This document shows, in pieces, positions 1 through 13,907 of a stretch of 64,000 bases of DNA. The DNA is from Takakia lepidozioides (lineage: Eukaryota; Plantae; Bryophyta). Made by a program: the position numbers and the translations under genes. Location: contig CM060732.1 in NCBI GenBank assembly GCA_030704615.1, forward strand, positions 28,210,001 to 28,274,000, read 5' to 3'. How positions within the stretch are numbered: the first letter of the stretch is position 1; each line of letters opens with the position of its first letter. Below the pieces are notes generated by a model, which worked only from the letters and a program-made list of their open reading frames with translations, made no database searches and was not told where the DNA came from.

Positions 1-1239
1 ATTCAGGCTCTTGAAGCACTTAGTGTCCCAACATAAACAGAGTGCACACTATGAGGAACTCACATGGACTTTACGAGCTCTGCTCTGAATCTATTCATAC
101 TTTTGCAAACCAAAGGCCTCTATGTGGCCCCTTGCGTGAGTACTTGGCTCTAGTAACACCTTCCTTTTGGAAACGGGTGCTTACTGACATAGGACCACCC
201 CTCTGGAGAATGGGCTGACATAGGTGCTGCTAAGTTGTGTACCTATTCTTGACTGAAATGGCTGAAAGGACCTCCCTTACCTCTCCTCTCTTTGGTGATA
301 TGACCTACTGCAGGGATGGCATTGATAACAAGTGTGAAGTGGTTTCGGCCTGAGGTTCCACAGGGATCACTAACCTGTTGGTTTGTTGGTTTGCTGTGAT
401 GGATCCAGATTGTTCTGTATATAGCTCATTGGGGTTTGTTAATGAGCCCTGGCGAAGTCATCAAATTAACATCCGCCAATCCCTAGTCGGCATCGTTTAT
501 GGTTGAGACAGTTCTGGGACTTAGCCATTTTCGGGCCCAACCTAGGAAAATGGTGCCGAAAATGGTTTACGAGTGAGTGGTCACATTGTAAGTTGCCTCC
601 TGATTTTGTGAGGCAGCTCCCCTCGCTCTTTTATTTCATTGAAAGACCGTTTCTGCTTCTGCTGGTATTGACATTCTTCAAGTGGATTTGTTCTTACTGT
701 AGGATGCCAAGTACTGTAGGAGGGACGTCTACACCGCAGTTCATGGGCAGGATGAACGTGCATTTTTTTGCCAGGGGGGATTTCATGCCTAGTCCAGAAA
801 GGGACTACATCCTTCCTACTTATGTTGCCCGGCTTGCTTCGGTGTCCATTAGGAGGTGTTCCGAACCTAGTCGTGTACAGCAGATTTTAGACAAGGCAAG
901 CCTCAAGAAAATGAAGATGAGGGAGGAGGCAGCAGCTATTAGAGCCCGTCAGGCTCGTAGATTTGTCTTGGATTCAGCTGAGGAAAGTGGGGGAGAAGAT
1001 TCCCAGGAGGTGAGGTGGACAGTCCCCCAAGAGGACGGGATTTTTGAGAGGCATAGTGGAACTGATGCATCACAGAGCTCGGAGGATGAGGGGGATGAGG
1101 GGGATGAAGAAGAAGGTGGGGCAAGTTCCTCGGAGGGTGTTTCCAAGGCTGAGGATGTATTTGATTAAAAGAAGCAATCTGATGCAGACTTCTTTTCTAG
1201 TCTTGACATCACTCGCCCTATCACTCTCCTCTCCCCTCC

Positions 1240-1300
1240 CTTTTGTTCCACTCAAACTGGGTGCGGGGTCTATGGCCACAAGGCTATGGCACACAACATG
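1240..1300 (+). mobile_element. Short fragment of LINE 3' end (same family as 31700-34500)
   Basis: CCACTCAAACTGGGTGCGGGGTCTATGGCCACAAGGCTATGGCA matches the end of the LINE at ~34450-34495 (CCACTGAAACTGGGCACGGGGTCAATGGCCACAAGGCTACGGCA). Confidence 0.55.
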
Positions 1301-1565
1301 TCTGAGCACATTCTCTTCTGCCCAACCATTAACACTGTCAAAAATAAGAATTCCAGCATCCGTTTACTAATTAATTGAAGGAGTGTTAAGTACCTGAAGC
1401 TGCACAAAAAGAAATTAATTCGTGATTACTGTAAAAATGAGTATGTAACACTACCTGTCATGACAAGGTTTCACAAACTTAAACTGTCATGCTTGTCAGC
1501 TAAAGACCCATACAATTTCTTTATAAACAAGAAGACGGTTTACGCAGAAGAGAAAGGCCACTCAC

Positions 1566-4500
1566 TTCATAAGCTCAAACTCTCCATCAGGGGGTACAAA
1601 GCTCACTGTCTTTTCGGTATTGAAGCGTGTGAGGTTGACACACTGGTGAAAGGTAACGTCATCAAGCTCTATAGTCTTGCCACTGCCAACCACAGGGCCA
1701 AGTCACAAGAGAACCATGTTACTTTCTTCCCTAATAACATGTCTTACAGCGCAATTGAAGACATGAGTTTGTGGCCAACAGCCATGCTAACCAAGGGTCT
1801 CACCACACCCAGCCCATTGACAATCTCTTTCAGTCATCACTCTCCTATGGACATACAGGAACGGCTGGCTTCACAGCAGGACTGCATGTTAGTGGGGCAG
1901 TCAAGTTGCTCCGCTAAGAGCTCCAAATTAAAATATTCTTCTGAAATCTCAACCTGCCACTGGACTCTACTAACCTTCTTGATGGTCGAGCCTTAGCTTG
2001 GGCTTCCTTCTCAAGACCAATTTTGTCATTCAGTCCAAGCTTCAAGTCCGGCATACCCGAAAGAAAGCATTTCATCAAAATCTTCCCGGTCACATCACAC
2101 CGCAAAGTGGTGCCTGGAAACATCAGCAAACACACCTCAAGACATGGAAAACATCAGACAGTCTAACACTATCTTCAGAGTTGAAGATGAGATATGATCT
2201 CTGCAAAAGGTCCCTGAGCACAGATATCAAAACTGGAAAGAATTCATCTACCACATGATAAAAAACAAAAAATGGCTGTATGAGAGGAGCAGGAAATTCA
2301 CAAGTCAACACTCCAATACAGCATCTAAAATCTTTAACATATGGCATCAAAACATATTTCTCGTGCAGTGTGAGAGAGTTATATAAGTTTGTGGACAAGT
2401 GACTAACCCTTTTGAGACATGAGCAGATTCACGCTCTCCACAATATCAAGGAAAACCTGCACAGGAGATAAACCTAGTTACAATTTCTTTTCCTCCTTTT
2501 CCCCAGACATTGATGTCACTACCAAGCATTGAAAAATAAAATACTTCTGAGACTCGAAGCCTGTACCTCGTTCTTCTTGTAGACAAGCCCTTCTCGTCGC
2601 CAGCCCACAGCTCCTGTGACTTGCAGTGTTGCATTGGCAGGAGGTCTGGTATCTTGCGGCTGCAGACCATGCCACAAAGCCGAGATCTCAGAAACTAAAT
2701 CCATTTCTAACACCCACTACCTACAGGTTTTGAACTTGAAGTGCAACATCAAGGCTCAAACACAAACCAAATTTCATTGGAAGGCACTAGCCAGCCTGAA
2801 AACTAGCATGTAAACCAAGCGTGACTCATGGTGGAGTCTTTCAAATGAATGTCAATTGCCCACTCATTCCAATTCCCTCTGCTCTCAACCTCAAGAAGCA
2901 CTTCCTGTTGTCATAGTAGACACATGTTTTCCATTCCTCTAGCCTTGTTGCTTGACCTTCAGAGACACTAATGGCTAGAAGGTATCTAACTAAATGCATT
3001 GTCTGCACTGAAGGGCAAAGCCCATAACCTCTATAATCTCAAATTGACAATTCATCCATAACCTAACTGGAAAGAATCCTTTTGCCATAAGGTGAAGCTC
3101 TAGTCAGCGGGAGTTGTGTTTTGAAGCACAGTCCACAATATTGACCCAGTTTCTCCATGGCTTGTCAAACCTAGCTATATACAATTCAAGGTGAGCTTTT
3201 GTGACAACAGAACCAACAAGGTGGCACTGCAGTAAGGTGCTTGCATGTACACCATGCCTATCTATGCATATTGTACATTCCTACACCACAATCTGCCACA
3301 AGAAGTAATCTCAATTTGAGAGGGGATGTTTCTTTGACGAGGACAAAATAAAGAACAATACCTCACCTTTGATGAAAACGGAGACCGAACGCCTTCTTGT
3401 GTGATGTATAGCTTTAAGATTTCGGGGGATAAATTTTGGGGATAACCAAAGTCCATAATCTCTGTACACCATCATCCAGCAATGATAAGTAGTTACCCCT
3501 CCACATTTTTACAGCTGTAACTAGGAAACATTCAGCAGTAGTACAAGTCAGCAATAGTACAAGAACATTCAGCAATAGACTTTCTCCAGGTTTCTGAGTA
3601 GTACAGGAACCATACAGCTACTGCTAGAACAAGATTCAAAGCAACCCTCAACAATCTCTTTACATATGAATCATCTGGCAAAAGAGAACTTCAAGACAAC
3701 ATAGTGTATCCGAAACACTTTTTCCCAATCTTCCCACGATGGTGGGTACCTATGCGTAAACCCTAAACCCAAGCATCGGATTACCAGGAAATAGACTGTA
3801 TTAAGTGGTACAATTGCAATTGGAAGATCACTAGCGTGGTAATATTACAATTCTTAAACCTGCTTCAGATCAAACACGGCCTGTTACAACTGCTAACCTA
3901 GGTTCGAACAAGGTATGCAGAAGCCAGCAGAACCAGGTACAAGTAGATAGGGTATTTCCCCAGACAGATGAATATGAGGTTTTCTTTGTGGGAGTTAATT
4001 GGACTGTGTGTGCCACACCATCAAGAAGCTCGTAGATGAGCACAAAGTTGTTCCTGATTGCATCTTCATCAAATGCCCCTCCAAAATACGATTTGAACAG
4101 CGCTACTGCCTGGTGCCACATTCCCCCTTCCCTTCATCACCCACTGAACCGAAACCAGAAGTTTAACCATGAAAACAAACCCTAAAGCCTAACATATTTG
4201 ATGGCTCCATTTATGCTACTGCCTGGTGCCACACATCCCTCCTTGCCTCCATCATTCTCTGAACCGAAGAAAAGCAGAAGTTCAACCATGATAAGAAAGC
4301 CCAACATCATGATAGACCCATCAAGGATCCACAACCAACCACAACAGTTTGGAAAGCTCATGTACCTCACGACTTATTTTAAGCTTGTTACCTCCATGGC
4401 AAAACTTCAGCCCAAAACCACCCTGGAAATTGCCTTTATCCCTCAACCCCATTATCTGAACGAAGCTGTGTTTGAACTAAGGGTCACCACAATGCGCTAC

Positions 4501-5966
4501 TGTGAGCCACTACCACTTTTGCGCCCCAATCCCAATCATCAGGTGTGTATTTTGGGCTTGTGGTGACGAAAGCTCTCCCAGAAGCTACCTGCGAGGTAGA
4601 CTACCAGGGAGGGATTTGTTGATTGAAAATTGGGGTCAGGTATCTAAGCCAGACCTCCAAGTTGCTGCAGCAGTGGCAACATTTGCTCAGAATTCACCCA
4701 TGACTATGCATCCAAAGGCACCATCAATAGGTCATGTCAGACGGACCTGCTGTACCTCCCTTCACCCTCTCCTTTCTCTTACCAATCACTTGAACAGACT
4801 GATTTGTTCAAAATACTCAAAAACAACCTCCAACCAGTTGTTGAGCTGCCTGAGACTTCTTCCCCAGAGTTTGTTATCCATGAGAAGATCAGTGACCTTT
4901 GTTCTCAACAAAGTACTCAAGTGGATACCCACCAGTTAAAATTTGCAAGAGCTTTGGCACAAATCACCAAAAAACAGCTGTTCAGTTTCTTCCAGAATAT
5001 CGTTGCGAGGCCAGTGAGAAGACGAGTAAATTGCGTATTTCATTGCTTTCATTGCCTAGGCGCACGCCGCGATAACTGTGCCAAAGCAGCTGCACTGCAA
5101 GCCGGTTGAATGGGTTGACTTCCACTACTAGGAAAAGTGACTCTAACCTAGATCCACAACTCCAGGTTTGGAGTCTTTGATGGCTACAAACAAGACACCT
5201 CTAGATCGGAGGGCATACCTCAACCACAAACTTGAAGGCACATGCAGCATTGGCATTGCTGCTGACAACAGTTACAATGTAGACATTACTGATGCGCATG
5301 TACAGAAAGGAGCAGCCCCCTATTTGCCGCACCGGACATGTGCCCAGATCCTTGGTCTGCATTATATGCGTGCGGAACGCATCCACCATATTTCCTCTGC
5401 AACCACCATAGCCACAACCTCTACCAAGTTAGCTCACTGGCATAAGAGCTCCACAAAGTGCAGTCTCACCATTTCATCTATGAAAATCCAGCATTGATGC
5501 ACGAGATTAAATGCCTCGTGGAGGAGGTCCAGCCTGGAGCTGCAAACAGCAGAACTGCACCATAGTTCAGAATTTGACCTAATTGTCTTGGGCGTCCCCA
5601 GCAATTATTTGCATAAGAATCATTGACTTACTGTTACCCCTAACCATTAGATCTGAGAGCTTCTTTGGACGAAGTTACAAGCTTTTCCAAATAAGATCGT
5701 ATTGGAGCTAAAAAAAACTGTACGACCATCCTCCAAACGCCCCCAAAACTGGCTTGCGATCTGAAGTCACTTCCTGACTCCACATGAAACGGTTGTGGCG
5801 ATCGGACAATCCAGACCTGGGTTACCAAACACCACAAGCAGAGCAGCGATAGCATTCACAGGAAAGAAAACAAGTGGTCATACCCGACATCATCGCGGTA
5901 CATACGGTTGATGAGCACATCTCCCCGCAAGTTCAAAAAATATATGGCAGATGCTGCCACCGGCAT
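1566..5966 (-). CDS. AP2M: AP-2 complex subunit mu, exons 1-8 (3' exons not found in window)
   Basis: Spliced GT-AG exons 5966-5884, 5396-5219, 4109-4019, 3461-3367, 2659-2567, 2456-2408, 2113-1975, 1682-1566 give [40 protein letters not shown]...[35 protein letters not shown]...[32 protein letters not shown]...[15 protein letters not shown]...[14 protein letters not shown]...[12 protein letters not shown]. This is the typical plant mu2 adaptin sequence. Confidence 0.95.
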
Positions 5967-7236
5967 TTTTAAGCTCTCAGAACAGAACGCTTACCTCCCA
6001 CCCTCCCTCCCTCCCTCCCTCTTTCAATCTCCCTCTCGATCTGCCCTCTTCTCTCCCTCTCTTGATCCCTGCAAAGCACTTTAAACCGCGACTTGCTTGC
6101 TTGTGATACCTATGGATGATCACATTTGTCATCCATCCACCTGTTTGTCACACCAAGCATCCACAAACATTCATCTATCCGGAGGTTGAATGTGGAATCC
6201 ACCCAGGCATGCACATGACATGCATGCATACATCCACATTCAAAGCATCAAGCTACCACCTGCTTCTTCTATAGGCAACCGCAAGATCTTTGGAGGTCTG
6301 TCTGCGTCAGTAGGTCCCTCTGTATTGTATGAGGAGCAAGGACCCACTCTATCACTCGTAGACGTGGCGTTGGACTTGGGAAGGTCTCTTTTCAGCTTTG
6401 ATATCTATCCGAACGAAGTAGAATACTAGTCTGTGTGCAGGAGCATTTGATGAGAGCGAAGTAATATTGGGCTGGCGCAAGTTATAATTGCTGAGATACG
6501 AACATTAAACTACGTCTTCAGCAACAGATTTGAGATCAAAATGGAAAATGTTTTGAGGTCCAGCATTCTGTTGGGAATTTCCTGGATGATTCTTGGGAGA
6601 AGCAGAGTTTTCCTGTATGATCATCATCACAGGATCATTTCTATTCCTTGGAGAGATATCCGAGAAATCACCCGAAAAGCTCTAATTCCATGCTATCAGG
6701 ATTATGTTTGGACACCTCATAAGCAATTTCTTTACCTGAGCTTCACCTTCGGTCAAGGAAAAACTAATTGGAAAATGTTTTGAAAACCAGAAGTGGAATG
6801 CATGAAGATCAGAGTGCACGCTCTGCTTGAATCTATGTAAGTGGAAGGGTCCTGAAGCTAGTGCGGACTATTTCTGAGTCTCTTTTTGCACTTGTTGCGG
6901 TTGCTTGGAGGAACTGGTCACTGCAGCGGTCCATACCTTCTTCCTTCTTGTTGCTAATGTGCGATCTGTCTCTCCACGGGATTCTGTCATGCTTAGGCAG
7001 GGATCGCAGGGAAGGAGAACCCCCAATGCAGAGTTTTGACATGATCAATTGATGAGTTGATTATGTGGTGTGCGCGTAATACAGATCACGCTGAGCGAAA
7101 CAAGTGGTAGTATGCTGAGTGCGACAAGAAGAGTTTGAAGCTTGAATGTGCAAGACGTGGGCTCGGATGCGAATTCAAACATTCCAGACTTGGGGGCCAA
7201 CTGCACTCTACCGTATCCTTATTATTAGTATTATTC

Positions 7237-7725
7237 CTAGGGTAGCCTGTGCGGATTGGCCCAAGTGTCCAGTGTCATCTAAGCCCAAGTGTAATCTCCT
7301 AGGTATGTATCCAAGGGCGTCTCCTATATGGACGCCCAAGTGCGACCTCCAATGTCCAATGTCATCCAAGTGCAATCCCCTATGTATTTGGAGACCTTGC
7401 AATTTTGGGAGATCTCCATGCCATTGTTCCAACAAAGCCCACTTTGCTATTTTCGCAATCTCCCCTATCGAGGCTTCATATATATCCACTTTGTTATTTC
7501 TCGCAAATTTTCCTGAATTTCTAGAGACCAAAAATACTGGAAATTCTATATCACCCACACCGCGGATCCAAAAATCATGAGACCAAGCCCGTGCACCCCT
7601 CCTCATCGAGGGCTTTCCAATCGCACCAAGCACCAGGGCTGGGCCCCGCAGTTTGGGACATCTTAGCGCTACAAAACAAACAAACAAACTGGCTTGCTTC
7701 ATATATTGATATATTGATATATTGA
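7237..7725 (-). mobile_element. Possible non-autonomous Helitron
   Basis: On the minus strand it starts A|TCAATATATCAATAT and ends ...CGCACAGGCTACCCTAG, with short internal tandem repeats (CCCAAGTG). The 3' flank is G rather than the expected T. Confidence 0.4.
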
Positions 7726-7772
7726 TACTAGTATTTATTATTTTATTTTAAAACTCTTACTATAGTATACCT

Positions 7773-8960
7773 CTTTTTTTTCTTTTTTCTTTTTTCTTTT
7801 TTTCTTTGATGAACAGGGGATCTGAATGGCCCCGGATGAAATTTTATTAAAATTATTGAAGGAAAAAATATTAAAACACTTGAAGACCGAAGGCCGCCAT
7901 AAGGCCCAAACGCACGGCTTGCCATGACGGATACCCCGAAGAACAATAATTGTTGTGTAGAATACTGAAGGAAAGTGTGGACCAAAAATGAGACCATTCC
8001 AAAAGCAAGCGACGGTGCAAGATCCAGAAAATGAACCTAAGGCACAATACAAAAAAGGCCAGGGATCTAGGCTAGCCTAAGATCGGCTAGCCCTCAAGGA
8101 GTCTAAAGAAGATTATAGATAACGGGAACTGAGAGGAAAGAGGTGTAGGACGTCGCCAACTGGGGAGCATAGCTATCTATGGTAGGATAGCTCGGTTTTC
8201 GTTGTAGTCTTGACGTGCTTCCAGCTGATATCTGATTTATCGAACTCTGGGGAAGCGGAAGAGGAGGGTTCAATGCTGCTGCCACTAAAGGGGGATTTGC
8301 CTTGGCCATTCGTAGGAACTGTCTGTCCCAATGCAACAACATATGATGTCTTGCCTCCCCCATGTGGCCCTGAAAGTGCTGAGGAAGAAATGCTGACATT
8401 CTGGGGTCTTGATGATGTCTGCACGCACTTTTTTCCAAACCAACTTAGCTGCTATGGTAAGGTCAAAGAAAATCTTTGTTAGAATAGCAGTGGCAGTTGA
8501 ATTCATAGTACTGTCCAAAGACCAAGTACATCTGGCTTTCCAAAGGTGCCAGAGGGTAGACCATCTCAGAGCCTCAAACACCGGATATTTGGAGGCAATT
8601 GATTTCGATCCTTTGTTGTAATTGAGAAGCAGTAGCACCTTATGGGAGGGAAAAGGGTTCAAACGGTGTAGAAAAAGCAGATTAGGGGCCAGATGAGAAG
8701 GGGTGCTTGACAGTGAATGAGGCAACACTCTAGAGTTTCTATTGTTCTTGTGTGGCAACAGGTTATACAGAACAGAGCCTCCTGAAAGTTCAAGAACTGT
8801 CCTACCTTGGGAACTCTATTGGCTACCTGCCAAAGGAAGGCACTGAGCTTGGCTGGTTTTGTTTTCTCCCATATAAGAGCTCGGATGCTCTCCCAGTTTT
8901 CATCTTGGAAGCGCTCATGTGCCCATTTTCCATTCCATTTAGCAGTCAAGGATGTGGCAT
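7773..8960 (-). mobile_element. L1/Tx1-like LINE 3' fragment with zf-RVT region and A-rich tail
   Basis: ORF 8659-8949 WESIRALIWEKTKPAKLSAFLWQVANR...CITCCHTRTIETLECCLIHC resembles the zf-RVT region of the LINE at 53000-55643. The T-rich tract at 7773-7808 is poly-A on the minus strand. Confidence 0.65.
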
Positions 8961-10999
8961 CGAAAAGGGCTCGGTATGCTTCTTAAAACTTTAAACTTTT
9001 AAAAACCTTCTTTTTTTTTTCTTTTTTTTTAAATTTATTTAATGAAAGAGTGTGGATACGTAGAGCTTTATAACTAGGAGAGGAATAAATAACCTTTGTG
9101 AGGGTGCCATAGAGGCTGATCTGGGAAGGCTATGCTTCGTAACCTAAATTCAGCAAAGATTCAGAAAGAGATAAAGACAAAAGAGGAGAAGAGAAAGCCG
9201 ACGGCAATGCTAATAGTTATCCCTTTTTCTTCTGTACGGTTCGAAGGAAGGATGGCCTCTTGATTTCCCTTTCCTAAAACTACGTCTCCAATTAACTTTA
9301 AAACTCTTATTATAATAATAGGAAGGATGGTTTGCATTTAGTTTTCCCGTCCTCTTTTATATGATTTTTTGGTCTTTGTCCCCTTTATGATCCAAAAGAT
9401 ATATTGCCTTATGGTGGACTGGGGTTTTTATTTTTTTCCCCCTTATAATTCCAAACAAATGGCTAGTTGTGCATAGCTCCTCTTTGGGAATAGTGGAATA
9501 TACTTTTGAAAACTCGTCCATTTCTTTATCATAAAGTTGTTCAATAACAGAGATGTTACATGAGGGAGGTCTTACCTAGAGAAGGCACATCACACCTCTG
9601 TAAGCTTAGTATGGCCTGACAATACCATGTGAACTGCCTCAGAATACATACAACTGCTTGAGAACACTGGTCCTCATGATCTCTCCATCTACCTCGTCCA
9701 CCACATTGAGATTAGGGATATCCTCATTTTCAATGTGCAGATTTGCAAGACATCTACACATAGTTTCCTCTACACTAAGGTCAACTTGTAGATATCAGTT
9801 GAGCATTCCCGTCCACCAAATCATCATTCACGCAAACAAATTGGTTATAAAATTTGCTCGCATAGCTTCTCCCTGGAAAGTGTAGCTGGAGCGCGGAATG
9901 GCCCATGGGCATTGGGTGTCTATTTTTTACTTTTATTCTTAAGAAAATAAATGTTTTCTCTTCTCATGTGCCTAATTCTAAGAAATTATAGCATGAAGAT
10001 GCCTAATTTGAGAAAATGTTTTCAAAACATGCGTAATTGATTGATTTTATTATTAGGCGCAAAAATGCCTAATCCGTTGTACAGGGACGGTAGCTACAAA
10101 GATATCCAACTCTTCCCAATGGATTAAGTTTATAATTGGCTTCTCTTTATTCTAAAAAAGAGACCACACATCCCATCAGTGTCAAAGATTACTTATAACC
10201 CCTTGTTGTGGCTTCCATAGGTGTCACCTCCTCTCTTTTGCTGAAAAATACTTCCATTATGTGCCTTCTCCAGATAACACCTCACTGAATTATTATCTTT
10301 GTTATTGAATAAATTATGAAAAATAAATGGAGAAACCGAGTGAAAAGGCAACGATTCTTTTAATCAAATTCGTAGGTGGTTCAACTCGATGCATTGTTAG
10401 AGACCGAACACAGCACTAATGCTTCCACACTACTTAGGGCGTCATTCCATATGATCAAACCCAACCACATGATGATCTCATGGCCAGGTCTCCAACTTCT
10501 GCTGGATCTTTCTATAATGTGCAACACTTGGACAGAAACCGGTCTGACCTCCTAACTCTCCATGAGAAGCTGAAAGTTAGGAGATCGGTCAAGATCTTTG
10601 ACTTTCACTGGCTATATGACGTTGTTTTTTGCAATCATTAGACGAGAAAGTTTCTCTCTTTGCGTTTTTACTTGGCTTTCCTTTCATCGCGCACTTCGGC
10701 GATCGCATTGTGTGAACCAACCGAGAATGAATAGTACATGAATATGGATCTAAAATGATACCTACGTTGAATGAAGAAGACTCACATGCAGCGTATGAAA
10801 CATGAGTAATGGAAATAAATGGATCAATTGATGGTGTATACCACCGAGCTCAACAGAGATGCATTCCATGCAGTTATAAGAAAGATGCATGGCTATTTTT
10901 TGAGATGATGGTCTTGCTAGCTCCAAAATGAACCAACGGAATAAAATATGGCCCTCAAGTAGGTTCCATAAGGTATCAATACCAATCTTGTCCATCGCA

Positions 11000-11170
11000 A
11001 TACCATACGGGTATGGTATATACCATAGTATGGAGCAAGGTATGTATTGCCCCTAGTATGGTATTACCCGGGTATTGGCCACCCTACCTACCAGCCACGT
11101 ATGGTCTTACCTACCCAGGGTGATAATTTTATTGATACCTGGGTTGGACCTATATACCAGTCCAACACTG
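11000..11170 (+). mobile_element. Solo terminus of hAT-type MITE family
   Basis: Ends in ATACCAGTCCAACACTG (11154-11170), identical to the right TIR of the MITE at 63166-63606. No left TIR was found. Confidence 0.5.
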
Positions 11171-11269
11171 GTTACCACCATGATGGGACACCTATATTTT
11201 TTTTCCTTGTTCAATTGTTGAGTTTCTTCATGTCTGACACCTCTCGGAACCCGCCAATTTTTCCCGGGA

Positions 11270-12240
11270 GCATCGAGGGGTTACAGCAACTGGGGTGACA
11301 TGCATTGGGGACAAAGGATCCAGGCTGACACTATATAGGGGTGACACGACCGGGGGTTACACGTCGGGGATTGCAGATGGGTGACAGAGGGTCGGGGTTA
11401 CATGGTGGGGTTACACAATGAGGGTTACACGAGGGGTCCTTATAGGGGCTGACGTTCAGGGGGTTACATGGGCGTGGGTTACAGGGATGATGGGGTTTGG
11501 AGTAACACGGAGAGGAGTACATGGGGTGAGGGTTACATGATACGGGATTTCATGGAGTGAAGGGCACAGGGGGGATAACATGACGGGTTACATGAGGGCG
11601 AGGGTTACATGGGATTACATGATGCAAGATTACATGGAGTGAGGGTTACATGGGATCACCTAATGGAAGAGTTACATAATGCGGGGTTACATTAAGCGAG
11701 GGTTACATGGGGAAAGGGTTTACACGACGGTGAGGGTTACATTTGTTGGGGATTACAAAGGGCTACAGAGGGTTACTGGAGGGTTACAATATGGATCGGG
11801 CATCTTACGCCACGAATGTTTCAGCCACGCTCGACGAACATGCCACAGACATAAAAACATCGCTACGACCCCAAACGATTCCCTGCATGCATACACATCA
11901 ATGCCATCCAATCAATCAGCAGTGTAACTCTTAGTACTGAAACTCACAGCAATGCAACCCACCACATGTAACCCCTCGTGCAATGTAGCACGTGTAACTC
12001 CCAGTGAAACTCACAGCAGTGTAACGGAATCCATGTAACCCCGCAGTGCAACTCGCAGTAGTATAACCCTCCGTCCAACTCGCAATGTAACCTTCGCGGG
12101 GTGACTCCCACGGATTCGTTAATGTCGAACATGACTTCGCCAAGCTGCTTCAAAACACCATTGCGTGATGGGGGGTTACATGGTGGTGAGGGTTACACCG
12201 GCGGAGTTGCAGAGGGTTACATGGTAGGGTTACATGGGAT
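11270..12240. repeat. Degenerate GGGTTAC(A) motif array, partly inverted
   Basis: Dozens of GGGTTACA/GGATTACA motifs at 11278-11790 and 12170-12235, with the reverse-complement GTAACC/GTAACT motifs at 11920-12100. Confidence 0.75.
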
Positions 12241-13144
12241 ATGATATATATCACATTTGGTCAAATATTTATATTAATAATGATAATATCCGACATGGAC
12301 GGGTACAGTGATAAATTATGAGTGGTTAAAGACACCTCAGTGATGGGAAGTGGTTGAAACCTCTTTCTACTCCACATGTAATAATGTTTTTTTAAAGATT
12401 TTTATCATTTCAAAATATATTATTCCACGTGGACGAGGATAATATACGTAGATCTGGAGTGGTTAAAGACCCCCCAGTGATTGGTACCACTTGCACAGTG
12501 GTGGAATGTGAGTGGTTAAAACCCTTTTGTAACTGGAACCACTCTTTTCAAGTAGGCATTTGTGAGTGGTTACATACACGTGAGTGATTGGTACCACTTC
12601 TGTGGTGGGTTGTGAGTGGTTGAAGACACCCGAGTGATGGGAGGTGATTGAAACCACTTGCTACTCCACGTGTAATAATTCAATTTTTATTTAAGATTTA
12701 TCATTTCGAAATATATTTTAATCATGAACTATATTATTCCACGTGGACGGGGACAGTATACGTAGATCTGGAGTGGTTAAAGACCCCCATTGATTGGTAC
12801 CACTTTGAGAGTGGTGTAGAGTGAGTGGTTACAGACCATTTAGTATCTAGAACCACTCGGCTAGTGGTTACGCATGAGTGATTACATACACACCAGTGAT
12901 TGATATTACTTCTGTGGTGATACATGAAAAACTTTAGTGATTAGCGTGTTGATGGAAAACCCAAAATCCATCCATCTATTGCTACATTCATCCATCCAGT
13001 CATGAGTAGAGGGGACTTAGCGTTTTTTTTGTCTTCCCTACCACTGTGGTATCTGTTTGTTTTCTTTGTGTTGAGTTTGATCGTGAGAGACAAACAGGAC
13101 AGAGCTGTGTTTGTTTTCTTATAATGTCGAGTCTGATCACGAGA

Positions 13145-13459
13145 GACGACGGGCAGAACTAGTGGGATAGGGGCAGACAGGGACTCAAGACCTAGAATCG
13201 GGGCATGAAGGTGTGCACGATGGTGGGATAACCGCGATCGCAAGGTGTGGGTTTTTCTCAATGTACAGTGACGAGCGGAGCTGGTGGGATAGGGGGCAGA
13301 CAGGGACTTAAGACCTAGAATTGAGGCATGAAGGCATGCACGATGGTGGGACAACCGTGATCGCAAGGTGTGGCTTTTCTAAATGTACAATGACGAGCGG
13401 AGCTGGTGGGATAGGGGATAGACAGGGACTCAAGTCCTAGAATCGGGGCATGAAGGCAT
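13145..13459 (+). repeat. ~122-bp tandem repeat (continues at 24397-24580)
   Basis: Unit GACGAGCGGAGCTGGTGGGATAGGGGGCAGACAGGGACT...GCATGAAGGCATGCACGATGGTGGGACAACCG..ATCGCAAGGTGTGGC is repeated, and is split exactly at GCAT by the retroelement. Confidence 0.85.
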
Positions 13460-13907
13460 TGTCGTGCGCATACATATCGCTACACAACTACATCGCTGTC
13501 CAAAACCACACAATACATGTGCACACCACACACTAGTATACCACTAGTCTACCACTAGTCCAGCCACTAGTCCAACCACTAGGCTACAACTAGTCAGTCA
13601 CTAGGCTGCCACTACGCTGCCCACTATGGCAGTCACTAGTCCACACAATCGCCCCCCTAGCTGGTGCTTAGGTCCCTCTAAGTCCAGGTAGCCACAAGAT
13701 GTGATAGTGACCATAGCCTCACTAAGTCATCCACCACTATCCCTACTACACTCAAACTCGATAGATCAAGAGGCCGGGTGCAAGAGTTGCCCCATCGTTA
13801 GTCGCCGTCTTGCAACCTGTGAACTTGAGCTTGGGATCTCATGTATTGACTCCTATGAGCTTGGCCTCCCATGTCTTGTTAGCTGCCTCCAGTCATGTCC
13901 ACTGCCA

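Noticed and set aside
503-1168. 221-aa ORF with acidic tail
   Set aside because: No recognisable domain, non-ATG start, and adjacent to LINE debris, so no product can be supported.
3758-3771. AAACCCTAAACCC telomere motif in an AP2M intron
   Set aside because: Only about two units, as is common for short interstitial telo-box-like sequences.
6430-7150. Possible degenerate PPR-like coding remnant upstream of AP2M (similarly 9560-9890)
   Set aside because: Too decayed to identify motifs with confidence.
11326-11340. TGA|CACTA as the left end of the CACTA element (would match the TGA right flank)
   Set aside because: Only 5 bp match the right TIR (CACTATATAG vs CACTAGAAGA), and it lies within an unrelated repeat array.
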